From positions 6,259 through 70,258 of the IMG/VR virus record IMGVR_UViG_3300033072_000723: DNA of 64,000 bases; one strand, given 5' to 3'. Below are positions 46,426 through 55,514 of this stretch, one piece after another. The notes beneath the pieces were generated by a model that ran no database searches, was not told where the DNA came from, and saw only the letters and a list, made by a program, of their open reading frames with translations. Each line of letters begins with the position of its first letter. The first letter of the stretch is position 1. Origin of the DNA: a virus (taxonomy: Duplodnaviria; Caudoviricetes). The position numbers were made by a program, and so were the translations under genes.

Positions 46426-46716
46426 ATGGCGCGCACCACATCGGGCTCCAGAAAGAACCGCCTCCCCGATCCGCCGCGTACCTACTTTGATGGCGCGCAG
46501 CGCGAGCCCGTCGGGTGCCGCTTCATTCTGGACGACAACGGACACGGGTGCCGGAGCAAGACCTGGCGATTTTGCCAACGCCCAGTGAAAACCGGGCGGT
46601 CGTTCTGCGTGGATCACGAGAAGATCGTTTTCCAGCCAGACCGCCCTAAAGACGAACGGCTCGACGAGGAATGGACCAGGCGTCAAGCAATCGCTCGACT
46701 TCGGGAACACTTCTGA
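46426..46716 (+). CDS. GcrA C-terminal-domain-like protein
   Basis: GCRFILDD..WRFCQRPVKTGRSFCVDHEKIVFQ fits the CRWP..FCG..YC..H pattern of the GcrA DNA-binding domain. Confidence 0.6.
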   Translation: MARTTSGSRKNRLPDPPRTYFDGAQREPVGCRFILDDNGHGCRSKTWRFCQRPVKTGRSFCVDHEKIVFQPDRPKDERLDEEWTRRQAIARLREHF

Positions 46717-46999
46717 CGACCGCGACCTGCGCGCCCGCTGCCCGCAGCTTGGCGTGTATGTCTTTCTGCTCGGGAGATAACGTGCCCGTCGGTGTCTTTA
46801 TCTCGATGTAGTAGACACGGCCCTGATAAACAATGTGCAGATCGGGCAGCCCTGGAATCAGGTAGCTGCGCTTCAGGCGGGCCGCTGCGCGCTTGGTCAG
46901 CTTGTATCCGCCGTGGGCAATGCTCGAAAAAAATGCTGGCGGGAGCAGCGTCCACGCCAGCATGTCACCGATCGCGCAGTGCAGTTCGTACTCAGACAC
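46646..46999 (-). CDS. VRR-NUC (PD-(D/E)xK) nuclease
   Basis: PGLPDLHIV..YIEIKTPTGTLSPEQ..GAQVAVVRS. Confidence 0.85.
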   Translation of the reverse strand: MSEYELHCAIGDMLAWTLLPPAFFSSIAHGGYKLTKRAAARLKRSYLIPGLPDLHIVYQGRVYYIEIKTPTGTLSPEQKDIHAKLRAAGAQVAVVRSVPEVERLLDAWSIPRRAVRL

Positions 47000-47218
47000 T
47001 CATCCTCCTACCATCTTCACGAACGCATATGTCAGCGCGCTGGTCAGCGCACACGCGAACACCGTGACCACCGCAATAGTCCGCAGCCAGAACGCCGTGG
47101 CGTCCTCGTGGTCCGGATCATAGCGCCGTGCGGTCTTGCTCGTGGTCTCCATGATTGCCATCCACGCCAGATGCGCGTTCGGCAGGGTGCCGGCTTTCCA
47201 GATCACTCCCATCGTCAT
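47000..47218 (-). CDS. Small membrane protein
   Basis: C-terminal hydrophobic helix. Confidence 0.5.
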   Translation of the reverse strand: MTMGVIWKAGTLPNAHLAWMAIMETTSKTARRYDPDHEDATAFWLRTIAVVTVFACALTSALTYAFVKMVGG

Positions 47219-47263
47219 CCTCCATAAAACAAGCCGGCTCCTACCTGGAGCCAGCCTGTCTGA

Positions 47264-48808
47264 TTAGACCCGCTCCCGGATTTCCTGGATCAGGTCGATC
47301 ACCTCGGCGTCATGCTGGACGCCGTTGACGCCGGTGGCCTTGGCCATGGCCGGCGACAGAACCTCGGTCAGCGCTGCGGCCAGCCGATCGGCCGCACTCG
47401 GCTCGCTCGGCTTGCGGTTCAGCAGTTCGAGATGCGCGTTCATCTCGTCTGCAGACGCCAGAAGGTCCGCCGTCGTGACGTAGCTTCCGGCTCCGCCACC
47501 GGCGCGGCTGATGGCATGGAGCTTCGACCGCTCCACGACCTCACGGATCACGGCCGGGATGCGCCCGTTCAGAGCCTCCCCGACCGGCGCCAAGTCCTGG
47601 CCCGCAACGATCATGTTGCCTCCGTAGATGCCCACCAGACGGGCAGCAGCAGCCGCGTCGGGCGGCGACACATGGATGATCGCGTCCAGGCGCCCAGGGC
47701 GCAGCATCGCCTGATTGATGCTGTCCGCATGGTTGCTGGTCAGGACCACCATGATGTCGGTGCCCTTGGACTCGATCCCGTCGATCGTGTTCAGGATCGC
47801 GTCCAGTTCGTGGGTGCGCTCGTCGCCAGAGACTTCGCGGTCCACGTCCTCGCAGAAGATCACGGCCGGCTGGTACAGACGGGCGAAGCGGATTGCCTCG
47901 CCAAGCCCGCGCGCGTCCTTGATCGAGACATAGGTCCAGCCCGCCTTGGTCGCCTCCTGGGCGGTCACGTAGCTGACCAGCGTCTTGCCGCAGCCATAGG
48001 GACCCTCCAGAAGAACACCGCGCTTCAGCGGAATGCCGGCCTCGCGGCACGCGTCCGTGTAGCGCAGCGGCGCGAAGATGGACGTGTCGATCTGCCGTTG
48101 CAGGTCACGTCCGAAGACCACCTGCGAAGCGTCCACGCGGCTCGTGTCCATGAAGGTCGGCGGATCATCGAAATTGATGTCGGCGCCGGTCATGGGCAGA
48201 TTGATCGCCTGTCCACGGTAGATGCTCTCGTTCTTGACGATGTCGCGCGTCATGTCCGCGAGCAGCTTGACCTCTTCCATGCAGTGCTTCTTGACCACGC
48301 CTCCGATGGCGAAGACCATGCGCCCGTTGAGCGCAGCGCGCTCCGTTACCAGACGGCCGTCCACGCCGGGGATTTTGAAAGACCCCCAGATCACCTGACG
48401 TGTCTGATTGACGCCGACCGGCAACGAGACAATTGCCGGCGGCCTGTCGCCGAAAAAGCCCGGCGTCGGAACGGACTGCGCCCAGCCGTAGCGCCGCCCC
48501 ATCGCCACCGAGAAAGCATTGGCGCCCTCCAGCGGGAACGCGTCGATGATCTCGTGGACCTTCATCTCGGCGTTCATGTCGGCTTCCAGCAGGTCGAGAT
48601 GCTTGCGCGCCTCGGGCACCGACATCTTCTTGGGATCGGCCGGCAGGACCATCTTGGTCCCGGACCACGTCACGCGGTCCTTCAGGTAGTTTTCCACCCG
48701 CTCGGACATGGGTGGGTTGCGCGCCTTCTCCTGCTCCTGCGCCGTCTGGAGCATCTTCGCGACAATCTCGTTCGCGGTCTGTCGTGCATCGGTCTTCTTG
48801 ATGGCCAT
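47264..48808 (-). CDS. Classic-clade AAA+ ATPase (FtsH/p97-like module, no protease domain)
   Basis: Walker A GPYGCGKT, Walker B IFCEDVD, SRH TSNH..AMLRPGRLD. Confidence 0.88.
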   Translation of the reverse strand: MAIKKTDARQTANEIVAKMLQTAQEQEKARNPPMSERVENYLKDRVTWSGTKMVLPADPKKMSVPEARKHLDLLEADMNAEMKVHEIIDAFPLEGANAFSVAMGRRYGWAQSVPTPGFFGDRPPAIVSLPVGVNQTRQVIWGSFKIPGVDGRLVTERAALNGRMVFAIGGVVKKHCMEEVKLLADMTRDIVKNESIYRGQAINLPMTGADINFDDPPTFMDTSRVDASQVVFGRDLQRQIDTSIFAPLRYTDACREAGIPLKRGVLLEGPYGCGKTLVSYVTAQEATKAGWTYVSIKDARGLGEAIRFARLYQPAVIFCEDVDREVSGDERTHELDAILNTIDGIESKGTDIMVVLTSNHADSINQAMLRPGRLDAIIHVSPPDAAAAARLVGIYGGNMIVAGQDLAPVGEALNGRIPAVIREVVERSKLHAISRAGGGAGSYVTTADLLASADEMNAHLELLNRKPSEPSAADRLAAALTEVLSPAMAKATGVNGVQHDAEVIDLIQEIRERV

Positions 48809-48814
48809 TTTGTC

Positions 48815-49120
48815 TTACTCCTCGGTTTCGTTGCTCTCAGGTTCGACAGCGACAAGGCCGCGCTTCAAGCCGCCTTGTCGCTCCCATGCCCGTACGGCCT
48901 CTGGGCTTCCCCAGCAGCCGGACGGCGCATCGTTGTAGAGATACCGGACGTAATCCGGCAGTCTCCGGATGTTGATCGTGTCAGCGCGGTCCACGGCATC
49001 ACGCAGATTGTTTTCAAGCACAGCGGTCAAAAACCCGCCGGGCTGGATACCAAACTCGATCCACCGCAGCATGGCGCCGCGCATGTGTTCGGGGATATCG
49101 GACATGTTGTGGTAGTTCAT
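48815..49120 (-). CDS. Hypothetical phage protein
   Basis: PGGFLTAVLENNLRDAVDRAD..YNDAPSGCWGSPE. Confidence 0.7.
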   Translation of the reverse strand: MNYHNMSDIPEHMRGAMLRWIEFGIQPGGFLTAVLENNLRDAVDRADTINIRRLPDYVRYLYNDAPSGCWGSPEAVRAWERQGGLKRGLVAVEPESNETEE

Positions 49121-49395
49121 TTTTTTTGAGCCTTTCGGTGCCGCATCTTTTCAAAAAACTCGTCTCTTTCCCAGCGCTGTATCGCCGCAGCCGTCGCTTC
49201 GCTTGACTGTCTGACGACGTCTCTTTCCTGGCGCGATAAGCTATCAAAGCGCCGGTAATCGTTCTCTGCGATATGCTTCAGTTCGGCATAGCTCCTAGTC
49301 CCAAAGATGCTTCCGACAATGCCGCTACACGGCACCGGGCTTGTCGGCAGAGGCGGCCGGTCCATCCAGTGCCGGCGCAGACGTTCGCGGCGCAT
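49117..49395 (-). CDS. Hypothetical protein
   Basis: Coupled at both ends. Confidence 0.45.
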   Translation of the reverse strand: MRRERLRRHWMDRPPLPTSPVPCSGIVGSIFGTRSYAELKHIAENDYRRFDSLSRQERDVVRQSSEATAAAIQRWERDEFFEKMRHRKAQKK

Positions 49396-49712
49396 CAGTC
49401 TTCCCCTTCCTCGTCCGGATCGACGCACTGCGTAAGCACGCTTACCTGCAGGGCGCGCAAGCCAATGCGCACGAGATACATGTCCACTGCGAAGCGGCCG
49501 GCGAGACAGTCGCCGATCGCAACCAGCCCGGTGACGAACACGTCCAGATTGTTGGCCAGGAAACCGCCAAGCGCCGCGCCGGCACACAGCGCCAGGCCCT
49601 GTCGCTCAAGGAAAAACTTGATCCCCAGCCCGCGCTGCACACGTCGGATAATAGACAGATGCCGATCGCTCTCGGCATTGGTCTGATGCGTGGTCTTGCC
49701 TTCGCTGATCAT
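49395..49712 (-). CDS. Hypothetical protein with hydrophobic segment
   Basis: RBS GGAGGG, follows the terminator. Confidence 0.45.
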   Translation of the reverse strand: MISEGKTTHQTNAESDRHLSIIRRVQRGLGIKFFLERQGLALCAGAALGGFLANNLDVFVTGLVAIGDCLAGRFAVDMYLVRIGLRALQVSVLTQCVDPDEEGED

Positions 49713-49728
49713 GGCTCGCCCTCCGTCT

Positions 49729-49757
49729 AAAAAAACCGCCGGCCTTGCGACCGGCGG
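49729..49757 (-). terminator. Rho-independent terminator
   Basis: CCGCCGG-8 nt loop-CCGGCGG followed by a run of 7 T. Confidence 0.75.
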
Positions 49758-49776
49758 CAAGTTTAGACGGAGCGCC

Positions 49777-50331
49777 CTAGTTGATCGTGGCGTGTTCCCG
49801 GTGCGTGGCCTTGGCAGCCAGCGCCGGATCGATGTCCGGAAGATCCTCGCGACCCTCGGCGACCTTGGCCGCCTTGCGATGGGCATTGGCGCAGACGAAT
49901 GCCTGGAGGATGCCCACGCCGACCTTGCCCAGCGCGACGGTCAGATGCGACAGCTTGACGTACTCGGGATTGATCTCGACGCCGGCATCCTCGAACACTG
50001 GCGCATAGACCGCCTCCACGACCTCGTCGGCCAGCAGTTCGATAACCTCGACGGGCCGCATACGCTTGCGGACCACGTCGGGCACGCCGCCCATGAGCAT
50101 GGGGACGCAGTCATTGAGCATGGCGCTGTACGCTTCCTGCGCCTTCTGGCGGGAGTCAGGCTCGTTCTTGTCGATCCAGGCGCTGATCGCATCGGGCAGC
50201 TTGACTTCCATGCTGGCACCGATGGTGGCCGAGTTCAGGTTGTTGTCGGCCAGGAACTTCGCGAACTTCGGGTCCTTGTCGCTCTCGGCCTTCAGGTCAG
50301 CGGCGGTCAGAACCTTGACGTATTTACCCAT
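49777..50331 (-). CDS. Hypothetical protein
   Basis: 184 aa, strong codon bias, own promoter and terminator. Confidence 0.7.
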   Translation of the reverse strand: MGKYVKVLTAADLKAESDKDPKFAKFLADNNLNSATIGASMEVKLPDAISAWIDKNEPDSRQKAQEAYSAMLNDCVPMLMGGVPDVVRKRMRPVEVIELLADEVVEAVYAPVFEDAGVEINPEYVKLSHLTVALGKVGVGILQAFVCANAHRKAAKVAEGREDLPDIDPALAAKATHREHATIN

Positions 50332-50374
50332 GATGTAGCTCCGTTGTTAGATGTTGTGCGTTGATCGCAAAAGC

Positions 50375-50404
50375 ACGATACCTCAACTTGCAACATGGCG
50401 TCAA
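50375..50404 (-). promoter_or_regulatory. Promoter with the 11-bp motif in its spacer
   Basis: TTGACG, 18 bp, TATCGT; CAACTTGCAAC at 50384-50394. Confidence 0.55.
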
Positions 50405-50724
50405 GCCTGCTTTTGATTTTGTTCCCGGTCCCTACGATTGCGGCGTCTTTCGCGCCTAAGGCGCAGTATCCTGACGCGCATCAAAAGGGCTGGCGCCTCG
50501 CTTGGCTGGATCGAGCGCAGGCTTATCACCCGATCTCGCCAGACGCCCCAGCTGGGGAGATCGCACGCCACCCAGCGAGCATATCGGACGGGCTCGCCTG
50601 GCCCGGTCCAGGGATTAGCCCGGACCAAGCCAACATAACAGACAGCGTTGCGCTTGATCGCCAGCCGCGCCGCATGCTCAACAGCTTCGAGATGCGTGCG
50701 GCCGGCGAAGTATGAGACGGTCAT
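50401..50724 (-). CDS. Hypothetical protein
   Basis: ATGA coupling to the upstream gene. Confidence 0.4.
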   Translation of the reverse strand: MTVSYFAGRTHLEAVEHAARLAIKRNAVCYVGLVRANPWTGPGEPVRYARWVACDLPSWGVWRDRVISLRSIQPSEAPALLMRVRILRLRRERRRNRRDREQNQKQA

Positions 50725-50921
50725 GGTTCGCCGTGCTTTCGTTTCAGCTTGGCCAGTTCGACAAGCGTGACTCCGTAGCCAAGCAGCACCCACCCATCAA
50801 GAAACGCATTTACCCAATCGCCTGAGCCGCGCCAGATCAAAAACGATATGGGAAAGATCAGAGGGCCGCCCACGATCCCTAGCGCCCATCCAATGATCTC
50901 GGGAACCAGATGCGGCTTCAC
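50721..50921 (-). CDS. Small membrane protein
   Basis: Two hydrophobic segments. Confidence 0.5.
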   Translation of the reverse strand: MKPHLVPEIIGWALGIVGGPLIFPISFLIWRGSGDWVNAFLDGWVLLGYGVTLVELAKLKRKHGEP

Positions 50922-51067
50922 AAAATCACCAACCGCAACGCGGCCGCCCCCAACTCGCCCAGCAACTCGGCCATGCGCTCGGCCACGCGCAAACTAAGCG
51001 CGGTCACGGCGAACACGCCAAGAAACGCGCCGGACACCCACAGTGTGGGCAAAGACAGCTTGTTCAT
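50918..51067 (-). CDS. Small membrane protein
   Basis: MNKLSLPTLWVSGAFLGVFAV; RBS GGAGG. Confidence 0.5.
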   Translation of the reverse strand: MNKLSLPTLWVSGAFLGVFAVTALSLRVAERMAELLGELGAAALRLVIL

Positions 51068-51140
51068 TTTGATCCTCCGTTTTCGTCCCCGGTCCCAAGG
51101 ATTTGAAACCGCCAAGCACTAGGCTTGTTTCTGGCGCCCG

Positions 51141-51269
51141 CTACATGCCGGCGCCAGTGACAAGGCTAGTCCACCCAGTCTGTTTTGATCGTGGTCCCAA
51201 TATAGCGCTTTCGACTGTCAGGCCAAGATCGGTGATAGCAGCTTTGAGGGTAGCGAGTGGTGCGGGCAT
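51141..51269 (-). CDS. Hypothetical peptide
   Basis: MPAPLATLKAAITDLGL..; RBS GGAAGG. Confidence 0.35.
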   Translation of the reverse strand: MPAPLATLKAAITDLGLTVESAILGPRSKQTGWTSLVTGAGM

Positions 51270-51358
51270 GGTTGCGGTTCCTTCCGTTGTGTTGCTCTTG
51301 TGAAGCCCGGCGGGCTTCCCAAAGCCGCCCCCTACATGGAGCGGCAAGGGGAAGCCTG

Positions 51359-52264
51359 CTAGGCCGCGTCTACTAACTCCGGCTCGGAATGATCCATCGG
51401 CCAGAACCCGCAATCCTTGGCCGCCCGGATGCCGGCCAGGATCATTTCCCCGACATGGACGGCCGCCGTTTCCGGGCTATTGTACTTGCTGGTATGTTCG
51501 TTGGCGGACAACAGGAAGATTTGCCCCGGTTCTACCGTGCGACATTCGGCCTTGGGCGGAAGGCCATGCCCGGACAAGAAACGCTTGGCGACGCTGTTAG
51601 GTGTGGTTTCCAGGCTACGGAAATAAAGCCGGCGGACGCTGGAAGGATGCGCCAGGACATAGGCCAGCTTGTCGATATCGACGGGTTCGTCACACGCCTT
51701 CGCCACTACGTCTGTAATGGTCCCGTCGTTTTCGTTGCCGTGGTTCGCCGAACAAGAAAACCGCGCCACGATCTCACAGCGGATGCCGGCATCTTCTAGC
51801 CTATCCACGTGCGCCACTATGGCGGCGCCCCGGTTGATCGCTTGCTCTGCCTCGATACCGGCCGATACCCATTGCTCGCACACAAGCCGCACGATGGGAC
51901 GGGTGGCTCGCGCCTCTTCACCAATCGTCACCATGCACATGGGGTCGCCCGCAACGGCCACGGGAACGATGGGATAAGCCCCGGCTACATCCATGCTGTA
52001 GGCCAAGGCGCGCATGGATTGGGTTCGGGCAATGGCACGCCCCAGGGACTGTGCCATCTTGGCGCGACCCTCCGGCCAGCCCGTGTCGGCCAGGGCTAAT
52101 GCCCCGGCCTGATCCACGTTACCGGACCAATCGTCCGGCTTGACGCTGTGAATGCCGTACCGTGCCGCCAGAGTGCCGTCCACAATCGGGGTTTCATGGT
52201 CGCGGCGACACTTGGCGTACCAGTCGCCCGTGCTGGCGTAGAACTCCTGATGAATGATCGCCAT
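51359..52264 (-). CDS. vWA-like partner of the MoxR ATPase (CobT-like)
   Basis: Follows a MoxR ATPase; DVAGAYPIVPVAVAGDPMCM, RGAAIVAHVDRLEDAG, LAYVLAHPS. Confidence 0.6.
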   Translation of the reverse strand: MAIIHQEFYASTGDWYAKCRRDHETPIVDGTLAARYGIHSVKPDDWSGNVDQAGALALADTGWPEGRAKMAQSLGRAIARTQSMRALAYSMDVAGAYPIVPVAVAGDPMCMVTIGEEARATRPIVRLVCEQWVSAGIEAEQAINRGAAIVAHVDRLEDAGIRCEIVARFSCSANHGNENDGTITDVVAKACDEPVDIDKLAYVLAHPSSVRRLYFRSLETTPNSVAKRFLSGHGLPPKAECRTVEPGQIFLLSANEHTSKYNSPETAAVHVGEMILAGIRAAKDCGFWPMDHSEPELVDAA

Positions 52265-52267
52265 GGC

Positions 52268-53467
52268 CTACATCCCCGCCTTGATCTTGGCCACGTCAGC
52301 GGCTTGCAGGCCCTTCCAGAGCGCGCCTTGCTCCACAAGCTTGCGATCCATGCCAGCCGCCAGAAGCCGCGCGCCCTGGTCAATGGCCCGCATGGAAACC
52401 ACGTGGCGCAAGCCAAGCTTCCGGACGCTGGCCCGGACCTTGTGGACGAACCTCACCCAATCGGTATCGCCGTACAGTGCCCGCTCCATGCGTTCATCGT
52501 AGTCCATGGGGATGACGAAAAATCGATCCAGGCTTGCGGCGTCCATTTGGTTGCGGCCGACATAAAGCCGATCTGCGCCGTTGCCGTAGGTATTGGCGCT
52601 GGCAATGGCGCGGAAATTCTCGTGACGCTTGACCACGCTATCCGGGAAGTCTTGATGCCCGTTCGCCAGACCAGCGTTGAACGCCAGCATGGCGGCCGGG
52701 CTGGACGCGTCCAATTCGTCCCACAGGAACACCCCGCCGCGCTCATAGCTCTTGCGGTAGGCGGTCCTGACAAGTCTTCCCTGCGCGTCCATGAACCCCA
52801 GGAGTTTGTATTCAGACGCGACGGCACCCGTGAACTGGAAATCCAGGCCCATGGCATGGGCGACTTGATCGGCCAGGAAAGTCTTGCCGCAACCCGCCGG
52901 ACCGACCAAGAGCACGTTAAGCCCTTGCGCCACCGCCGTTAACACTTGCTCGAAAACCTCATGCCGCGCGCCTTCAACCGTGACCGTCGGATTGTCCGCA
53001 ATCTTCACGTCCAGCCGCGCCGTCGGAATGTCCTTGAGCGCATCGGCAACCCGCTGATCCACGATGCGAGCAACCGCCGCCTCATCAACGCCTTGGTTGC
53101 CCATGAGGCCCTGCAGGATGGCCAGGGCTTGCGCTACCTTGTCGCCGCCAGGGACGGGCACCGGCGCCGGCTGGACGGGCTTGGGCGCGTCCTGGGAGGT
53201 TTCCGGGGCATCCGGTTCAACGCCGTCCTCGGCCAGCGCCTTGTCGATCTTGGCTTTAACCCGGTTGAACTGAACATCGCTGGTATCGTTGTAGGCGAGG
53301 CCAAGTTCCGTAACCGACAAGCCCCCGACCGCCGCAGAGTTGCATCCCCGCGCCGTCAGCCACTTGCGGAACAAGCCCCGGTTTTCGGACGTGACGCGGG
53401 CATGTCCGCGCGGCTGGCCGATAGCGGCTTCTGCCTCTTCGATTGTCATGCTAGGTGTTTTTGCCAT
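52268..53467 (-). CDS. MoxR/CobS-like AAA+ ATPase
   Basis: LLVGPAGCGKT, FLWDELDAS, ASANTYGNGAD..YVGRNQMDAASLDRF. Confidence 0.88.
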   Translation of the reverse strand: MAKTPSMTIEEAEAAIGQPRGHARVTSENRGLFRKWLTARGCNSAAVGGLSVTELGLAYNDTSDVQFNRVKAKIDKALAEDGVEPDAPETSQDAPKPVQPAPVPVPGGDKVAQALAILQGLMGNQGVDEAAVARIVDQRVADALKDIPTARLDVKIADNPTVTVEGARHEVFEQVLTAVAQGLNVLLVGPAGCGKTFLADQVAHAMGLDFQFTGAVASEYKLLGFMDAQGRLVRTAYRKSYERGGVFLWDELDASSPAAMLAFNAGLANGHQDFPDSVVKRHENFRAIASANTYGNGADRLYVGRNQMDAASLDRFFVIPMDYDERMERALYGDTDWVRFVHKVRASVRKLGLRHVVSMRAIDQGARLLAAGMDRKLVEQGALWKGLQAADVAKIKAGM

Positions 53468-53571
53468 TGGTAACTCCGTCTGGTTTGCGAGGGTTAAGCC
53501 CCTCTACTGCCCCAAGCCCCGCGACGGGCTGATTACCGTCAACGGGGCCGGCGGGATTTGTGGTTGGCTAG

Positions 53572-53802
53572 CTAGCTGTAGTCGCCCCTAATTTGCTGTT
53601 GCACGGTTACCGCCAAGTCGGCAAAGGCACCGATCGTTTCCCAGGGCAGCGATGCACGGGACTGCCCAACGTCCTGCATTGCGTTGCGATAACCCTTCTG
53701 GGTTTCCAAGGAAATGCAAGTAGCAGCAATCAGCGTCTTGGCTTGGCTTTCGTTCAGCACCAGCACAATTGGTCGGGCGATTTTGGGGTTTGACTTCGCC
53801 AT
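53572..53802 (-). CDS. Hypothetical protein, first of the early operon
   Basis: RBS AAGGAG; downstream of the extended -10 promoter. Confidence 0.5.
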   Translation of the reverse strand: MAKSNPKIARPIVLVLNESQAKTLIAATCISLETQKGYRNAMQDVGQSRASLPWETIGAFADLAVTVQQQIRGDYS

Positions 53803-53858
53803 ATCTGCACTCCTTAACCTTTGTTAACAACCGGGGCATGGCGTTGTCCCGTGCCCCG

Positions 53859-53876
53859 ATTATAACAACTTGCAAC
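53859..53876 (-). promoter_or_regulatory. Extended -10 promoter abutting the 11-bp motif
   Basis: GTTGCAAGTTG overlapping TGT-TATAAT (53867-53859). Confidence 0.65.
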
Positions 53877-54077
53877 GTCTACAACGCAAGCGGAAAAAAG
53901 ACGCGGCCCGGATCAAAGGCTTAGGCCGCCATAGTTGGGTTTTTCGTGGTTTTGTAATCGGCGCTACGGTACTGGCTGATTTGTGTTCGCCCAGCGCAGG
54001 AAGTAGTTTCGGTATCGAAACGAACGCAAGCGTCAAAAATCTGTCAAGCGTTATTTTGTGCCGCGCATATCCCTATA

Positions 54078-54473
54078 CCCACAACGGGTTGATCGAAAAT
54101 CTGCAACATTGTCCGATCTCTTAGCGCAAAATCTTGTGCTAGCACATATGCTTATTGAGCCCTAGCGAAGCGCGGGCGATGATCTGTCGGATATGCCGTT
54201 TAGCCCTTACTTCGCTAGCGCCACGACCCACAAATCCCGGATCAGGCCCGATAGCTCCGCTATCAGCCCCACAATTTCTGATCCGATGGCCGCCAACAAA
54301 AAAACCTACCCGGTTGATCCACGGCGGATATTCCCTGCTCGTGGATATCAGACAGTGCTACCCACAAACACGGTGCTACACGGGATATTCACTGCGCGCG
54401 ACGGTATATCGGGTTCTTGTATAGGCGCGACCCGGAAAACACGCGACCAGGTAAACCCAACAAAGTTTGTGGG
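54078..54473. repeat. Dispersed CCCACAA heptamers upstream of terS
   Basis: Plus strand at 54078, 54227, 54268, 54361; minus strand at 54467-54473. Confidence 0.6.
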
Positions 54474-54572
54474 ATTTATTTTGTGTGTGTATGGCGGTCT
54501 AAATCCAGGGCTAGTGGGGTAGCCAGATATGCGCTAATGCTCACGTAGGACCAACCTACGGGGTTTCAGACC

Positions 54573-55223
54573 ATGGCGGTAAAGCAAGGTACTGCGTTGC
54601 TAGCTGATCTGCCGGCGCCGACAGACGTGCTAACGGGCACTCCGCCGGGAACCATGGCGATCAATATGGGCGACGGACTGCCCCCAGTAATTATCCCGGC
54701 AGGCGATCCAGACACAGGCGGTAAAGGCAGGCCAGAGATTTACTCGCCAGCCATTGCTGCAAGGATTGTCGAGCAAGTCAGGCTTGGTCTAACGCCAACC
54801 GAGGTTTGTAAACAAGCCTGGGCACCAAGCATCGCGGTCTATTATCGATGGCAGGCGGAGAAGCCAGATTTCCAAGAGGCCGTTCGTCGCGCTCGCGTGC
54901 TAGGCGCGGAACCCATGGTCGATCGCGCCATTGAGATTGCGGACAATGCGGACGTAACCAGCAAGGCCGGCGTTCAGCGCGCTCGCTTGCAGGTTGATGC
55001 GCGTTTCCGCCTGGCCAGTGTCTATGATCGCAGGTTCAGCGACAGGCAGATTGTCACCCATGAGCACGACGGCGCCGGCCAAGTAGCTGATATGTCTACC
55101 AAAGAGCTGGGCACGATAGCCCAGCAGCTGGCCAAGCTTCTGACACAGGCGACGGCCATTGATGTAGATAGCGAGCCGGTAAAGCCCCAAGCCATTGAAG
55201 GCAAAGGCAAAACAGACGGCTAG
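54573..55223 (+). CDS. terS: Terminase small subunit (Sf6/P22-like)
   Basis: GRPEIYSPAIAARIV..YYRW..PDFQEAVRRAR..IEIADN..RARLQVDAR. Confidence 0.8.
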   Translation: MAVKQGTALLADLPAPTDVLTGTPPGTMAINMGDGLPPVIIPAGDPDTGGKGRPEIYSPAIAARIVEQVRLGLTPTEVCKQAWAPSIAVYYRWQAEKPDFQEAVRRARVLGAEPMVDRAIEIADNADVTSKAGVQRARLQVDARFRLASVYDRRFSDRQIVTHEHDGAGQVADMSTKELGTIAQQLAKLLTQATAIDVDSEPVKPQAIEGKGKTDG

Positions 55224-55387
55224 CCTGTTGCCGTATTAGCCATTATGCGACCAATGTCCGATATGTTTGGTCGTCTCGATCGCGCCGTGATGACGGACCA
55301 CGCCACATCTTGCGTCGCGTCGCACATCGGGTCACCATATCCGGACGGCCACCCAGGCCCAGGCGCGCCACGCGACGACCATCCACC

Positions 55388-55435
55388 AAGTACGTCGGTA
55401 CTTAGAGTGCCGATCTAAAAATTTTTTATAAAATA
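55388..55435. other. Palindrome plus 20-bp pure-AT tract after terS
   Basis: AAGTAC-GTCG-GTACTT (55388-55403); TAAAAATTTTTTATAAAATA (55416-55435). Confidence 0.6.
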
Positions 55436-55445
55436 CAACCCGCTC

Positions 55446-55473
55446 TTGCTATTTTCCCACACCGCCGTATCAT
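55446..55473 (+). promoter_or_regulatory. Sigma70-type promoter
   Basis: TTGCTA, 16 bp, TATCAT. Confidence 0.45.
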
Positions 55474-55514
55474 AGTCCCATGATTACCCCGTTGCCCATG
55501 GGCCTGATTACCGC

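Noticed and set aside
53814-53827. TTAA-N6-TTAA as a CtrA full site
   Set aside because: Spacing is 6, whereas the established site is TTAA-N7-TTAA
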